28,906 bases of DNA. Source: Escherichia phage CBA6. Both the position numbers and the translations under genes were made by a program. The stretch is from the sequence record KM389305.1, one strand, 5' to 3'. The first letter of the stretch is position 1, and each line of letters begins with the position of its first letter. Positions 16,329 to 24,219 of this stretch are shown here, one piece after another. Under the pieces are notes generated by a model. That model ran no database searches and had not been told where the DNA came from. It was given only the letters and a program-made list of their open reading frames with translations.

Positions 16329-18269
16329 ATGGCAGATAACAATCAACCGACACCAGGGCAGCAAGACATCGTCAAGGTTTTGGATAAAATCAAAAAAGAA
16401 ATGATGGAGCGCAAGCAATTGCGCGCCCAATCCGAGACGAATAAACAGCTCGCCGATGTCAACAAACAACTGCAATCTCTGAAGACACGACAGGCGTCTA
16501 ATCAGGAGCAGAAAGTCCCGCCAATTAAATTCCCATCGGTGAATGATATTGTTGGTGGGTTCGTCCGCGTCAGTCCTATTTTCACAAGGGATTACAGCAC
16601 TTGGATGAAAGACACCGTCAGTCTAACAAAGGACGGCAATGAAGAACTGATGCGTATCGCCACCAAGATCGAAAAATTTGGTGAAGCAGCGAATGGTCCG
16701 GTTGACGACATGTCGGTTGAATATCTTGACATGATATCAGATCAATTGGGCGCGGCCAACGAAGATAGTCTTGAACGCCTTGATGGATTAAAGGATAAGC
16801 TGGCGTTGGTCGGAGGGGAGATCGTAAACCTGACTGACATAATGCTTCAAACGCATAAGGACACTCTTGATTTCAATAAAGATGCCAGTAACGAAACTGT
16901 TACCCGCCTCGACAGCATTGATGACAAATTGGGATACATGAACGAAGATCTTAATGATACTCTGACACGTATCTATGAAAGTGATCAAAAATATAGAGAA
17001 GAAGAGAAATTCCGTCGTGGTGAAGAAGGTAAAGAAAACAAGAACAATCCAGAGGCTGGTTCTATCCCTCCGTCTGAGCCTAAACAAGATGGTCAATCTT
17101 CTGGGTTAGGCGCGGCGCTGGGGGCACTCCTTGGACTGGGCGCGTTAAAACTCCTGATGTCCCCATTAAAACTTGTTGGTGGCTTCATTAAATTATTCAT
17201 GGGGTTTGGTGCTGGGATCGGCGGGTTGCTTGCGCCCCTGAAAGCAGCAACCAAGATGCTTCGAGTTGGACCTCTGGCGTTAATAACATCTGTATTTGAA
17301 TTCGGTAAAGGGTTCTTTAATGCTAAAGAAATCCTTGGTAAAGCGCAAGTATCGATCGTTGATCGGGTTCAGGCAGGGATAACAGAGCTGGTCGGTAGTT
17401 TCGGGGATCTCGCTGATTGGGTTGCTGAAATATTCGGATGGAACAATGCTGGGTTTGGAAAGGCGTTCCGTGAACAAGTGCTGAAAATGACCGAAGCGCC
17501 CGTGCGTTGGTTGAACTCGATTGTTGATTGGGTCACCAACGATTTGTTTGCGGGTATCGGGAAGAGTACATCACTGACCGAAATACCTGGTAAACTTGCA
17601 GATAACTTGCAAGGCCAATTGATAAAATTGGTTGATTGGGTAACGGGTGGAATAACTGGCCTGATAGATGACGGCATGGCGGCTGCAAACAAAGTCGTTG
17701 AAGACATGAAGAAAGGATTTGCAGAAAACGTGAAGAAACCTTTCTTCAACATGTTGAATGCTATCACCAATGCGATGTTTGATATCGTGGATAAGTTTGT
17801 CAGTATTATCCCCGATGCGTTGGGTGGTGAAACGGCCAGGAATAAGATGGCGGAAGCAAGACAGTCTATGCTGATAAGCCAAGACGATAAGGCTCCTGAG
17901 AATGCCTCTGTACCACCGAACAGTCAATCGCCAGCACAACCTAATGCAGATATCCGCACGCTGACTCCAATGCCTTCTGGGGTTTCTTCGGATGCTGTGA
18001 ACGTAACAGATCGCACTTCTCAATTGAAAGATGCATATGCTGGGATCGGGGGAGGTACTCTGGGTGGGGCATATCCGGTTCAGGGGAGAGCGGCTAACAA
18101 CATTGAGGAAGTTAAATCTTCCTACGCCAACCCACCAGCCAGTGTGGTAATGCCTGTACAACAAAATGTTGATAACTCGAAGAAAGTCAGTACGACAAAC
18201 AACTTCAACAGTTCACAACTGGAGCCGTCCAACCGTACTGACGCAGGTCGTATTCTTTGGGATTGGTAA
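16329..18269 (+). CDS. tail tape-measure / baseplate hub protein (gp29-like)
   Basis: 646 aa; N-terminal coiled-coil-like charged region; central Gly/Ala-rich hydrophobic segment GLGAALGALLGLGALKLL...GFGAGIGGLLAPL; SD GAGAGGTGA. Confidence 0.45.
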   Translation: MADNNQPTPGQQDIVKVLDKIKKEMMERKQLRAQSETNKQLADVNKQLQSLKTRQASNQEQKVPPIKFPSVNDIVGGFVRVSPIFTRDYSTWMKDTVSLTKDGNEELMRIATKIEKFGEAANGPVDDMSVEYLDMISDQLGAANEDSLERLDGLKDKLALVGGEIVNLTDIMLQTHKDTLDFNKDASNETVTRLDSIDDKLGYMNEDLNDTLTRIYESDQKYREEEKFRRGEEGKENKNNPEAGSIPPSEPKQDGQSSGLGAALGALLGLGALKLLMSPLKLVGGFIKLFMGFGAGIGGLLAPLKAATKMLRVGPLALITSVFEFGKGFFNAKEILGKAQVSIVDRVQAGITELVGSFGDLADWVAEIFGWNNAGFGKAFREQVLKMTEAPVRWLNSIVDWVTNDLFAGIGKSTSLTEIPGKLADNLQGQLIKLVDWVTGGITGLIDDGMAAANKVVEDMKKGFAENVKKPFFNMLNAITNAMFDIVDKFVSIIPDALGGETARNKMAEARQSMLISQDDKAPENASVPPNSQSPAQPNADIRTLTPMPSGVSSDAVNVTDRTSQLKDAYAGIGGGTLGGAYPVQGRAANNIEEVKSSYANPPASVVMPVQQNVDNSKKVSTTNNFNSSQLEPSNRTDAGRILWDW

Positions 18270-18932
18270 TCAAATTCCGTGGGCAAGGATTAGCTCACGG
18301 AGTTTTCCTTTCGTGTATTCTGTATTTTCATCCGGAACCACAGAATTAGTCTTTTTCAATAAGAACGACTCAGAATTCCAATAAATATCTTCCTTGAGTA
18401 TTGTATCATATAAATGAATAAATCCCACCACTTTATTCAATCCAACCAAAAACCAAATCGGATAACGTTTAATGATAATGTCTGTCAGCAACGGTGGGTG
18501 ACCATTCCCATTTCCTTTGATGTACTGGATAAAGTTCACACCTCTTTCTTTTATTTCCGGAATCATATAACGTTCAAAATGGTCAAGAAAATTATATGAA
18601 AAGTTATCGTACAGGCGGCGATATTCATTATAATTTTCTTGAGCCTGACGGGTGAGTAATGTTGTCACCCATGTTTTTGGTGATTTAACAAAGTTGGCGA
18701 TGATATAATTTTCCACCACTTCACCCTGGGAAGATTCAAACCGACGAGCAAGTTTAGCAAATTGTTTGGCCACGCCCTGTTTAGAATAGAATGTTTCAAA
18801 CTTGTAATTGTTCATCGGCCCATATAGACCATAATCAAAATCTTTGGTGGTGAAATGCAACTTGATCGCCATATATATGCAATAAACGTTAAATGCACGT
18901 TCATATTGCATTTTCTCCCACTCAGTTATCAT
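18270..18932 (-). CDS. gp59: gp59-like helicase loader (loads gp41 helicase)
   Basis: 220 aa; N-terminal FNVYCIYMAIKLHFTTKDFDY and NYIIANFV blocks resemble T4 gp59 as recalled from memory; SD GGGAGAAACGCC before the ATG. Confidence 0.45.
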   Translation of the reverse strand: MITEWEKMQYERAFNVYCIYMAIKLHFTTKDFDYGLYGPMNNYKFETFYSKQGVAKQFAKLARRFESSQGEVVENYIIANFVKSPKTWVTTLLTRQAQENYNEYRRLYDNFSYNFLDHFERYMIPEIKERGVNFIQYIKGNGNGHPPLLTDIIIKRYPIWFLVGLNKVVGFIHLYDTILKEDIYWNSESFLLKKTNSVVPDENTEYTKGKLRELILAHGI

Positions 18933-19075
18933 GGCGTTTCTCCCTGCTTTTCTGTTTCTGTAATCTGTGACGTTCAGAACAGAACTGATTGAACTCCGAC
19001 ATCAAGCCTTTCTCTTTAATGAAAAGCATTGCGTTCCGGAAAGCGATCCCGATTTTTACATATGACGGCGGATTT

Positions 19076-19339
19076 TTACCAACCACGTGATCTCTCCTCT
19101 GATTTAACGAAACGTTGAAACTCTTCTGTTTTTCCTTGGCGATGAATAAACACCAATGCCAAAATAAAACGACGGAATGATTTTGGGATAAGACGATAAC
19201 CGTTTGTCCAATTATAGACAACGTCAGAACAATTCATCATCTTCATCATTTGCAATTCAGAAACTCCCAACTCCCGCATAATGGTTAAGAGATGTAATGA
19301 GTCATTATTCTTTCTTGGTTGTTTGTCAACAAGTTTCAT
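19076..19339 (-). CDS. XRE-family helix-turn-helix DNA-binding protein
   Basis: HTH signature LTIMRELGVSELQMMKMMNCSDVVYNWTNGYRLIPKS; SD GAAGGTAA and a TATAAT hexamer upstream on the minus strand. Confidence 0.5.
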   Translation of the reverse strand: MKLVDKQPRKNNDSLHLLTIMRELGVSELQMMKMMNCSDVVYNWTNGYRLIPKSFRRFILALVFIHRQGKTEEFQRFVKSEERSRGW

Positions 19340-19382
19340 AACATTACCTTCATGACGATATGCCGGAATTATACCTCTGTGG

Positions 19383-19414
19383 GATTTATTGAAAGGGGTT
19401 GCGGAGAACCCCTT
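19383..19414 (-). terminator. stem-loop AAGGGGTT-GCGGAG-AACCCCTT; candidate minus-strand terminator
   Basis: Perfect 8-bp inverted repeat, followed on the minus strand by TCAATAAAT. Confidence 0.4.
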
Positions 19415-19632
19415 TGTTCAACTAAGACGGGAGAACCAGAGGGATATCTTCCAAGTACTCCCCAGTGTTGGTGTCCCAGACCTCGATACTGAAATACTGG
19501 GTGGCATCTTTCAGACCCATACCCCACTTCTTGGCGTGGATAGGAAACTTCTCTTGCACCGCTTCTGGGCTGGTCAGTACCGCCTAACGTCCAGGCCTTC
19601 ATGGTTGTTGTGATACATCAGGAGGAAAATTT

Positions 19633-19842
19633 TCATCCAACAACCTCATAACTGTTGGACAGCTGCTTGCCCTGGGCATTGTAATGGGAATGCTTGACAA
19701 TCTCACCCTGGCGTACCAGGACGCGAAGGCATCCACTCACCATGCTCATGGGGATGTTAGCACCCTCGGCGATTTGAGCATAGGAGCAATTAGGATTTGA
19801 GCGGATGAATTCCTTCACTCGGTTGAACGTTATGCTGCTCAT
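19633..19842 (-). CDS. small winged-helix DNA-binding protein
   Basis: 69 aa; ATGA overlap with the DNA ligase stop; segment YAQIAEGANIPMSMVSGCLRVLVRQGEIVK is typical of a wHTH recognition helix and wing. Confidence 0.45.
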   Translation of the reverse strand: MSSITFNRVKEFIRSNPNCSYAQIAEGANIPMSMVSGCLRVLVRQGEIVKHSHYNAQGKQLSNSYEVVG

Positions 19843-21266
19843 GCGGCCTCCAGCAGTGTGACGATGTTTTCGATGTATGCTTTCTGAATCGCATAAACTT
19901 CAGCCAGCGTGTTGGCCTCTTTCTTGTCAGTGCGGACTTCCACCAGGCGAGGTAGGAACAGGGATTTCAGTGAGTCCTCGGTTTTATCCTGGACACCGTT
20001 AGAGAGCACTGCAGCTATCATGCCAATGAAGTCATCCTGGTTTTCCCACATCCGGAGTCTCAGCTCATCTGAGATCCCCGAAACACCAACGACTAATAGG
20101 CCGTCCGCTGTCTTACAAAGCAGGGAGCCGAATGTCTTGGCATGCTTACCCTTCTGGTCGGCCTCATTGAAGCCAACGATTTCAAGGTCACATTCCACTT
20201 CCATCTTCAGCTTCAGACCTTCAGAGGACGTGCCGTCTTCCCATGGCATATCAGCCGCTTTGCAGATCGTTCCTTCTTCACCACGGGCCAGTGCGTCCTT
20301 GAAATGATCAACCGCCTCTTCAAACGAATGAACGACACGGGTCTCCTGAACCTGAACCAGACCATCGCCTTCATCAAACAGTTGCTGTATGATATCGAAG
20401 CGCTGCTCGTAAGGCGTGTCCACGCGCTCGGCGGCGAACCACTTGTCATACGGCACAACATCCCACACTCGGTAGATCACCTTGTAACGATCTTCCAGGG
20501 GTTCACCCGTTTGGATGACACTGTTGAGCTTACCATTGCCGATAGCCCGAGGCAACACTGTATTCGTTTTCAGATCAATGACGAGGAGTTCACCATGGAA
20601 TACACTTTCACCAATCCCCGCATCGTAGATCAGGTCTTTGAAAACTAATGACAGGTTATCAACAGAACCTCCTGCAATAAGAGAACCGGAACGAGAACGA
20701 ATCTCTGGGTCTCTTCCATAACGACAGATGATGTTGGCGAACATGCCATCTGACTTCAGCTGGCTGAAGACGCCACGCTTAAAGTCCATCGTCTTCAACA
20801 AATCAATCGTCATGTTGCCATAACGATGATATGGGAGGATGTTAATCAGGCGACCTGTGCCTCCGGCTGCGTTGAATGCTGCGTTGATACCTTTCTCAGC
20901 AATCCCCGCTTTAATGTCTCGGTCGAGAATGATCTGGATGAGGGTGTGATAATCAGAGTGAATATTCGTTGCGGCTTTTGCCAGTTCTTGGTCGGCCTTC
21001 ATCCCGCCAATACGACGTTCTGACATCATATCAAGAACGTCATAAACCTGATCCCAGCTACCGACAACGCCGCGCGAAAGCATACGAGGGAATGCATTCA
21101 GATTGAATTGGGTGCGATAATAAGAACGCATTGGATCATAAACGTATTGAAGGAAATCAACCAGTTCCGGATTGGTTCTGAACGCTTCGGTCAACACGGC
21201 TTTCTTAGCATTAGTGCCTTTGGTATCACGAAGATTTTGGATTATTTCTAAGAGAGGAAGCATCAT
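19839..21266 (-). CDS. gp30: ATP-dependent DNA ligase
   Basis: 475 aa; adenylation motif I KSDGMF (KxDG); size matches T4 DNA ligase. Confidence 0.8.
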   Translation of the reverse strand: MMLPLLEIIQNLRDTKGTNAKKAVLTEAFRTNPELVDFLQYVYDPMRSYYRTQFNLNAFPRMLSRGVVGSWDQVYDVLDMMSERRIGGMKADQELAKAATNIHSDYHTLIQIILDRDIKAGIAEKGINAAFNAAGGTGRLINILPYHRYGNMTIDLLKTMDFKRGVFSQLKSDGMFANIICRYGRDPEIRSRSGSLIAGGSVDNLSLVFKDLIYDAGIGESVFHGELLVIDLKTNTVLPRAIGNGKLNSVIQTGEPLEDRYKVIYRVWDVVPYDKWFAAERVDTPYEQRFDIIQQLFDEGDGLVQVQETRVVHSFEEAVDHFKDALARGEEGTICKAADMPWEDGTSSEGLKLKMEVECDLEIVGFNEADQKGKHAKTFGSLLCKTADGLLVVGVSGISDELRLRMWENQDDFIGMIAAVLSNGVQDKTEDSLKSLFLPRLVEVRTDKKEANTLAEVYAIQKAYIENIVTLLEAA

Positions 21267-21324
21267 GTGTCTCCAGGGTTATTCGTCTTGTTATTATAAC
21301 CCCAGAGACTTCAATAGAATTATT

Positions 21325-21663
21325 CTAACTTCTTTCCTTGACAGAAGTGAAAGATTCTTTCCATCCTTTGAATTGTTCAGTCAGGGTTTCTTTCTCCATT
21401 TCCCCATTGGAAACGCTATGGATATATGCAAATGCGTCATAACCATAACCAGGCATTGCTTCACAAATACGAAGAGAGACCAATGTTTCGCCCACAGAAA
21501 CCAGATAATGATCACGACGATGGCTCAGAGGATAGTGATTGTCATGGAATTTGTCGATAACAACGCAGTTCTGTGGTTCGGCGTCAATTGCCAGCCCGTT
21601 GGCTTCGCTACCGCCGCGCCCAAGGGTGCATCCTGGGAATAATGTTTCTACGAGTGTGGTCAT
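21325..21663 (-). CDS. hypothetical protein (His-rich segment FHDNHYPLSHRRDH)
   Basis: 112-aa ORF, last gene of a tightly coupled minus-strand operon. Confidence 0.4.
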   Translation of the reverse strand: MTTLVETLFPGCTLGRGGSEANGLAIDAEPQNCVVIDKFHDNHYPLSHRRDHYLVSVGETLVSLRICEAMPGYGYDAFAYIHSVSNGEMEKETLTEQFKGWKESFTSVKERS

Positions 21664-21664
21664 A

Positions 21665-21874
21665 TTACTTCCTCATCATATTCAATAAATTAATTTTGCC
21701 CTTTGCTTCTGGGGCATACCAAACGTTCTGAGAGTGCCTCTTACAGCACGGACAATCCTTAATGGCAATTACACAGGGAGCCTTGTCCACGGCATATCCA
21801 GCGTCTTCGGCTTCCTTGACGGTGTTAAATGGCAAGTATGCACTTGTGCCTTGCCCTCCACATGAACATTCCAT
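21665..21874 (-). CDS. small Cys-rich protein
   Basis: 69 aa with CSCGG...C...CPCC; start overlaps the upstream stop by 1 nt. Confidence 0.4.
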   Translation of the reverse strand: MECSCGGQGTSAYLPFNTVKEAEDAGYAVDKAPCVIAIKDCPCCKRHSQNVWYAPEAKGKINLLNMMRK

Positions 21875-22074
21875 TAAAAATCCTCCTGAGGTGAATAGAA
21901 TATATCGATTTTCAACGCAAGGCGCTTAACACGGCGAGCGTGACGATGTTCTTTCTTTATCCCCTCGGAACGTTTAGCTACAGAACGACGATTTTTATAT
22001 TTTTCTGAAGGATATTTGTCGTGTCCTGGGCAACAAGATCCAGGATCATACACATCCTTAATTTCGCGCTTCAT
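21874..22074 (-). CDS. small basic protein
   Basis: 66 aa, Lys/Arg-rich, contains GSCCPGHD; start abuts the stop of the upstream small ORF (TGAATG). Confidence 0.35.
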   Translation of the reverse strand: MKREIKDVYDPGSCCPGHDKYPSEKYKNRRSVAKRSEGIKKEHRHARRVKRLALKIDIFYSPQEDF

Positions 22075-22191
22075 TCATTTCTTCCTCTTAAAGGGGATGA
22101 TCAGGGCTATGATTAACAGCATAGCTGTGATCACTCCGCATGCGATAAGACCGAATGCAAATGCTTTCAAAACAAATTGTAAAAGAATCAT
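22075..22191 (-). CDS. 38-aa single-pass membrane peptide (not in the ORF track)
   Basis: Hand-translated minus strand: MILLQFVLKAFAFGLIACGVITAMLLIIALIIPFKRKK; ATG overlaps the stop of the 397-aa gene (ATGA) and its stop abuts the next ATG. Confidence 0.4.
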   Translation of the reverse strand: MILLQFVLKAFAFGLIACGVITAMLLIIALIIPFKRKK

Positions 22192-23381
22192 AATTTCCTC
22201 AGTTTTGCCCTTGTTACCTGAGTTTGTTTAACATCTTTGAATTCGGTCAATTCTTTGACGCGACCACGAATGATCATATCACCTTCCAGGAATTCGGTTT
22301 CCATATAAGAAGTCTTCCATGTAATGGTATTGCCTTCTTTGGTTTTGAAAGTATACAGATACGTGTCACCATAATCAGATGAATACAGGAAAATCCTTGC
22401 TTCGAATTTGACTTGCACTTCTAACATTTCACCGACTTCCCCCACCCAATTTGATACAGAACGCATTTGGCGGGGGGTGTGGATATAATCATAATACTTT
22501 GCTGCTCCCCAACGAACTGTCGTGGAGTCCTTAACGAGGTGATATCCAGGTTCACACATACGTTTCAGACGAACGTTGAAATCATTGTTCTCAGACAACG
22601 CGGCGATGAAAAGCATCATATGGTACATCTCTGATTGAGCATCTTCACGGGCTTTAACTGCCTTGTTATAGAATATCTCAATGTCAGAACCTTTCTCCGG
22701 ACGAGTCCCGCTAGAAATATGACCAAGAACTCGACCAAAATCATCGCTCTTCATGCTCATACCAGACAGCAGAACCTGAAAGCAATTCCGCAAATAACCT
22801 TCAGTGTCAACGTAATCAGGTTCGTTCACTCGATAGATGCCTTCAGGGTCATCTTCATCAGGTGAGAACATTTCATGTATCGACATATAATAAGACATCA
22901 CGGCATCAAGCGATTTCTGATGAGGAACGTAATGGTGCATACAGCTACTGCCGACCAACATTTGAGCGCCGGATTGTTCGTTACGAACAACATATGTGTT
23001 ATGACGACGCACAGATTTATTACAATGCTCACACCAAGACACGTTTTCGGCTTCGAATCTTTGAATGAAATTAGGGTGGATGTCATCTGCTAATTTATTC
23101 AAGATGACTTTTGGATATTGGTGATTGAATTGTCCAATAATGCTCCACCCGCCGTAGGAAACAGGGCGGTCGATGCCTTCACCAGTGAGTGTACAATCCT
23201 GCCACCACCGATAGAATTTTTCACCAGTGATAGAATCGCGATGCTGGGTTTTGTATGGTTCGCTGTATTCGACAAGAGGGAACTCGAGATTCAGGCGCTT
23301 GGCCGTTCTTTCAAGTTTGGCCAGACGTTCCTTGACACGACCAATGTTGTCGATAGGAATACTGAAGGTCTTGGCTTTCAT
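22188..23381 (-). CDS. hypothetical protein, 397 aa, with a Cys/His cluster
   Basis: SD GAGAGG before the ATG; central WCEHCNKSVRRHN...GSSCMHHY cluster; C-terminal beta-rich region; no family assigned. Confidence 0.55.
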   Translation of the reverse strand: MKAKTFSIPIDNIGRVKERLAKLERTAKRLNLEFPLVEYSEPYKTQHRDSITGEKFYRWWQDCTLTGEGIDRPVSYGGWSIIGQFNHQYPKVILNKLADDIHPNFIQRFEAENVSWCEHCNKSVRRHNTYVVRNEQSGAQMLVGSSCMHHYVPHQKSLDAVMSYYMSIHEMFSPDEDDPEGIYRVNEPDYVDTEGYLRNCFQVLLSGMSMKSDDFGRVLGHISSGTRPEKGSDIEIFYNKAVKAREDAQSEMYHMMLFIAALSENNDFNVRLKRMCEPGYHLVKDSTTVRWGAAKYYDYIHTPRQMRSVSNWVGEVGEMLEVQVKFEARIFLYSSDYGDTYLYTFKTKEGNTITWKTSYMETEFLEGDMIIRGRVKELTEFKDVKQTQVTRAKLRKL

Positions 23382-23457
23382 ATTTGCCTCTCATGATATA
23401 GTGAAACTTTTCAAAGTAGGTTAAATGATAGCCGTATGTTTTATTGAAGTAAAGGTT

Positions 23458-23489
23458 TCAAATAAAAAGCCCAACAATTTGTTGGGCTT
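23458..23489 (-). terminator. rho-independent terminator (minus strand)
   Basis: AAGCCCAAC-AATTT-GTTGGGCTT stem-loop followed on the minus strand by TTTTTATTT, 10 nt after the stop of the 23500-23811 gene. Confidence 0.65.
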
Positions 23490-23499
23490 TCTGGGGGAT

Positions 23500-23811
23500 T
23501 TATGGCTGAGGATCGGCTGCGCGATCAGGCGCTGCATTAGGATACAGAGACTCATAGAGATCTTGGTATTTGGCGCTGGTCTCGATGGTCTTGGTGTATG
23601 TTCCGCCAGCGCGGTCAGTAACGACTTTGCGCAGATCAACGGCTTTGATGCCTGTTTCTTTTGCCAATTCGGCCAGAGCTTCGGTAACAAATGTCTGTTC
23701 AGACTTGATACGGATCTGGGCGGCGCGGCAATTTTCCAATGTCTGCATCATCTTTTGACGCAGCTTGGGATCAGAAGGAAGTTGGTAAAACCCGATTTGT
23801 TCAACTGACAT
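23500..23811 (-). CDS. hypothetical protein
   Basis: 103-aa ORF followed by a strong terminator. Confidence 0.45.
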   Translation of the reverse strand: MSVEQIGFYQLPSDPKLRQKMMQTLENCRAAQIRIKSEQTFVTEALAELAKETGIKAVDLRKVVTDRAGGTYTKTIETSAKYQDLYESLYPNAAPDRAADPQP

Positions 23812-23823
23812 AACATATCCTCA

Positions 23824-24156
23824 TTAATGACGAGAACCGAGTGGGCCAATACTGGTCCCCAAACGGCGCAGGAAGAAATAAACGATACTGTGGAAACCAA
23901 ACTTAGGAATAATGTCGACACCTTCAACTTTATAATATTCCTGAGTATTGGTCTGCACTGGCAACGGGAAAGATGGAAGATCGAGCTGAACCAATTCTCC
24001 TGGTTCGCAATGTATCTTAACAGCCTTACCCCAATGCCGTCGATTCTTGTAAAATTCCAATGTCTGCTCTGTAGACAGACTGAGACTGGTTTGTCCAGAC
24101 TGGCACACCTGTTGTGCCGCCTGAATCAGGTCAGCTATAAATGCAACATCCGACAT
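23824..24156 (-). CDS. hypothetical protein
   Basis: 110-aa ORF downstream of the helicase gene. Confidence 0.4.
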   Translation of the reverse strand: MSDVAFIADLIQAAQQVCQSGQTSLSLSTEQTLEFYKNRRHWGKAVKIHCEPGELVQLDLPSFPLPVQTNTQEYYKVEGVDIIPKFGFHSIVYFFLRRLGTSIGPLGSRH

Positions 24157-24219
24157 GATGTGCTCCTGGGTTAATATTCAGATCATAGAGATTATACCCT
24201 ATGACCACCATTATTGAAG

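Noticed and set aside
17571-18164. Minus-strand ORFs (197 aa and others) inside the tape-measure-like gene
   Set aside because: Antisense to a long, well-supported CDS; Arg/Cys/His-rich composition typical of out-of-frame reading
19369-19613. Overlapping ORFs of 77 aa (minus) and 74 aa (plus) in the 19.3-19.6 kb gap
   Set aside because: Translations are Gly/Pro/Arg-rich and non-protein-like and the plus ORF starts at TTG; the region is treated as a possible decayed gene in a different frame
19340-19632. Possible tRNA or other structured RNA gene in the longest intergenic gap
   Set aside because: No T-loop-like GGTTCGAATCC motif or cloverleaf arrangement visible; only a single terminator-like hairpin
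20142-20648. Plus-strand ORFs inside the DNA ligase gene
   Set aside because: Antisense shadow ORFs; the ligase frame carries the KxDG motif and is the real gene
21325-21663. Identification of the 112-aa protein as the GroES-like co-chaperonin gp31
   Set aside because: Size fits, but no GroES-like mobile-loop or beta-barrel pattern is recognisable and the synteny does not support it
22016-22231. Plus-strand 71-aa ORF
   Set aside because: Antisense to a tightly coupled minus-strand gene series (including the 38-aa peptide gene) and lacking an SD
22188-23381. Identification of the 397-aa protein as DNA primase gp61
   Set aside because: No N-terminal zinc ribbon and no toprim E...DxD motifs, although primase would be expected near the helicase gene
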